A DNA stretch of 64,000 nucleotides from an uncultured bacterium. GTDB lineage: Bacteria > Verrucomicrobiota > Kiritimatiellia > PWTM01. The stretch lies in the NCBI GenBank assembly GCA_938010045.1, contig CALLFZ010000020.1, forward strand, positions 38,754 through 102,753. Reading direction: 5' to 3'. The notes under the pieces were generated by a model. It searched no databases, was not told the DNA's origin, and saw nothing but the letters and a program-made list of their open reading frames with translations. The translations under genes were made by a program, and so were the position numbers. Positions within the stretch are counted from its first letter, which is position 1. Each line of letters opens with the position of its first letter. This document shows positions 61,532 through 64,000 of this stretch, one piece after another.

Positions 61532-61840
61532 CGCACTCACTCCCACGCCAATCTAAACCGTCCGCACCTTATTGCAAGCCCGCGTGCCCTCATCCGTTGC
61601 TGCAGAACCGTGGCCCCCAAACGACATCTGCTCAGGCCGCCCGCGGTGAGCTCGCGATCAACACGTCACCGGGACACCCGAGTGCTCGCCACCCCCGAGC
61701 CCCGCGACCCCCGGAGCCCGCCGCAGCTCGATGCGTTGGGCCGCGCGCTCGGCGCGCCCACCCACATCCGATGAGCGGCACCGCTGACTCTCCACCCGGC
61801 TCGCGATGGCGCACGCCGCCGCTCGCCAGCCCTAGGGCGT

Positions 61841-63169
61841 TCAACGAGTCACCCGTTCGCCGCACGCCGACAACTCCGCTGACGACGGCGCGCCCTCCCG
61901 CATCGCCTCGATGAACTTCAGAAACGCCCGTACGTCGTGATAGTTCGCCTTCCACGAATGTGCGCGCGCTGTTCGGGCGGACCGGCCGTCCTCCTCCACG
62001 GACTCCCACCACACGCCTGTTTCCGGGTCGGTCATCCAGCGGTCGACAAACTCCCACAATTGCCGCATCGCGGCCGCCCAGCGCGAATCCCGATTATGCC
62101 TCCAGGCTTCGGAGAGAGCCGCGAGCATCTCCGCCTGTACCCACCACACCTTCTTGCGGTCGCTCGCCGGCCGGTCGTCCTCCCCCCGGTGGTACAGGCC
62201 ACCCCGCTCGGCGTCCCAGCCCCATCGCAGCGCGTGATCGAGATGGGCGCGCAAATGTCCCACCGACCGGGGCCAGCCCAGCGCATGCTCAGCCTCGAGC
62301 ATCAGCCATCCGAACTCGACATTGTGCCCGTACGAAAGGCCTGCGTGGCGCGGATCGGTCACCGGCGACCAGTCCGGATGGCGGTGAAAACACGATCGTC
62401 CCGGCTCCGCGGGATAGAAGATCTCTCGATTGATCCGCAGCGACTCTTCGAGCGCGGCCCGAACGTCCGGATCGCGCGTCTCCGCGTATAATTCCGTGAA
62501 CGCTTCCATCAAATGCAGGTGCGCGTTCGCGCTCTTCAGCCCCGCCACCTCGGGGATGCCAGCCGGATCCCGGAGAGGCAACGGCGTCCAATCCCTCTCG
62601 AAATGCTCGATCCAGCCGCCGTGAACACGATCGTACGCCCGCTCGCGCAGCCGCCGAAACCAGCGCAGCGCCTGCCCCAAAGGCTCGCGGTCCCCCGTCG
62701 CCCGCGCGACTTCCACAAGCGCGTAGATGCCGAACGATTGGCCGTACATCATCTTCCGCGGGTTGACCGGCCGACCGTCCGCCCCCACCGCCCAGAACGC
62801 CCCGCCATGTTCGGAATCCCAGAACCTCGCCATCAGGTACTGATACCCCTCCGCGGCCGCCTTTCCGTAGTCGTGGTTCGCATCGCTGTAGCCGAGACGG
62901 TGAACCCGCGCGAACGTCCAGATCATTCGGGACTGCGTGACGAGAGCGCGGGTCGGCGGCAGGCCGGCCGGCGGATCGTCAAGCACCCAGCCCTCCCGCG
63001 CCACATCGCGACCGCGCGAATACCAGTACGGCAACATGCGCTCGCGCAAATCCCGATCGAGACGTGCCGCCCGCCCCCTGAGCCATGCGACGTCATCGCC
63101 GCCGGCCGCGCGGGCAACCGACAACGCTCCGAGGATCCACGCCACCCCGGCGATCGCGGGCGATCTCAT
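61841..63169 (-). CDS. AGE-family epimerase (cellobiose 2-epimerase-like) with signal peptide
   Basis: QSRMIWTF, YGQSFGIY, NAHLHLMEAF, SYGHNVE, WWVQAE, WKANYH. Confidence 0.9.
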   Translation of the reverse strand: MRSPAIAGVAWILGALSVARAAGGDDVAWLRGRAARLDRDLRERMLPYWYSRGRDVAREGWVLDDPPAGLPPTRALVTQSRMIWTFARVHRLGYSDANHDYGKAAAEGYQYLMARFWDSEHGGAFWAVGADGRPVNPRKMMYGQSFGIYALVEVARATGDREPLGQALRWFRRLRERAYDRVHGGWIEHFERDWTPLPLRDPAGIPEVAGLKSANAHLHLMEAFTELYAETRDPDVRAALEESLRINREIFYPAEPGRSCFHRHPDWSPVTDPRHAGLSYGHNVEFGWLMLEAEHALGWPRSVGHLRAHLDHALRWGWDAERGGLYHRGEDDRPASDRKKVWWVQAEMLAALSEAWRHNRDSRWAAAMRQLWEFVDRWMTDPETGVWWESVEEDGRSARTARAHSWKANYHDVRAFLKFIEAMREGAPSSAELSACGERVTR

Positions 63170-63193
63170 GATCCCACGCCCCTCAACAACGAC

Positions 63194-63224
63194 GATCCGA
63201 CGGATCAGTGTGATCCGTCGGATC
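63194..63224. repeat. Perfect 14-bp hairpin built from GATCCG units
   Basis: gatccgacggatca-gtg-tgatccgtcggatc, followed by a further ccgatcc unit. Confidence 0.75.
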
Positions 63225-63252
63225 CGTCCGATCCATCCACCCTGCGTTCCGC

Positions 63253-63999
63253 TCAACGCAGCCGGCGCCGCAACAGCACCGCCGCGGCCATCATGCTCAG
63301 CAGTCCCAGCACTGAGGGTTCCGGAATCACCGTGAGCGTCACGTCGTCATTGTAGCCAGGTAGCGTCCCGTAGTTGATTTGGAACTGGTTCACGCCGGCC
63401 ATGAACGTCGCGCCGTCCGGCAATCCGGCGAACGTACTGCTATCGATCGCGCTCCACCCGCTAATCACTGGGAACACGAACCCGAGCGTTAATGGGTTCG
63501 GCGCAATGACCGACAGCGTTCCGCCGCCCGGCGTCAGCGTCGCACCCGTTTGCATCAGCACCTGATCCCACTGTCCGGCGAGCGTGCCGAGCACCTCCAC
63601 TTCGAACGTGCCGCCCGAGTCGAAATCGAGATCGCCCGTCACCGTCAGCACGCCCGGGCTGAGGCCCGGCGACAGCGTTGAACCGTTGTCCACAATTAGA
63701 CCGCCGGCCAGTGTGCCATTGCCCTTCAGCGTTTGACCGCTTCCCAGCGTCAGCGTGCCGCCCGGCAGTCCAGTGACGTCGAGCGTCGCGCCCGCGTGAA
63801 TCTGGAGCACGGGGCTCGCGGGTGCCGTGGCACCGGCCAGTTGCAATGTGCCATTCGCCACGACCGTGTTCCCCGTCCACAGCGCGTTCCCCTCCAGCCG
63901 CAGAATGCCAGCGCCGGCCTTGGTCAGCGCGGCGCCCACGAACCCCTCGATCACGTCATGTTTCACCGTCACCTGTACGCCTGAAGTCACCGTCAAGGT
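63253..63999 (-). CDS. PEP-CTERM surface protein with autotransporter-associated beta-strand repeat (5'-truncated)
   Basis: LTKAGAGILRL..N..TG.T.V..GTL repeat; C-terminal VIPEPS + TM helix + RRR. Confidence 0.92.
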   Translation of the reverse strand, partial: TLTVTSGVQVTVKHDVIEGFVGAALTKAGAGILRLEGNALWTGNTVVANGTLQLAGATAPASPVLQIHAGATLDVTGLPGGTLTLGSGQTLKGNGTLAGGLIVDNGSTLSPGLSPGVLTVTGDLDFDSGGTFEVEVLGTLAGQWDQVLMQTGATLTPGGGTLSVIAPNPLTLGFVFPVISGWSAIDSSTFAGLPDGATFMAGVNQFQINYGTLPGYNDDVTLTVIPEPSVLGLLSMMAAAVLLRRRLR

Positions 64000-64000
64000 C

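Overview
High-GC bacterial chromosomal window. PEP-CTERM, N-methyl-pilin/H-X9-DG and Tat-Gfo/Idh/MocA proteins point to the PVC superphylum, possibly Kiritimatiellia-like (inference). Housekeeping content: infB-rbfA-truB-ribF, rplU-rpmA-obgE, leuCD, tRNA-Arg(CCG), serC, purC, xerD, pepA and grpE-dnaJ-rsmE. Accessory content: (1) a 9-gene higher-carbon NDP-sugar/surface glycan cassette (flippase, GT9, epimerase, SDR, Gfo/Idh/MocA, SIS isomerase, transaldolase, GHMP kinase, nucleotidyltransferase) whose make-up resembles the lincosamide GDP-octose route; (2) an ECF sigma module; (3) a sugar-catabolism island (SSS transporter, atypical galactokinase, two AraC, aldolase, URO-D family, GH2, decayed MFS sugar porter, GH120); (4) an Rrf2-led Cys/Met transsulfuration operon. 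Non-coding DNA holds the most unexplained structure: a GGGGACAGGCAC REP/MITE-like mosaic repeat family with recurrent 12-nt end duplications, a TCCAA-N3-TTGGA repeat family with 32-nt spacing, and a candidate ~63-nt sRNA with its own promoter, terminator and anti-Shine-Dalgarno loop. No CRISPR array, transposase or prophage was seen. All calls are by-eye motif recognition; no searches were run.
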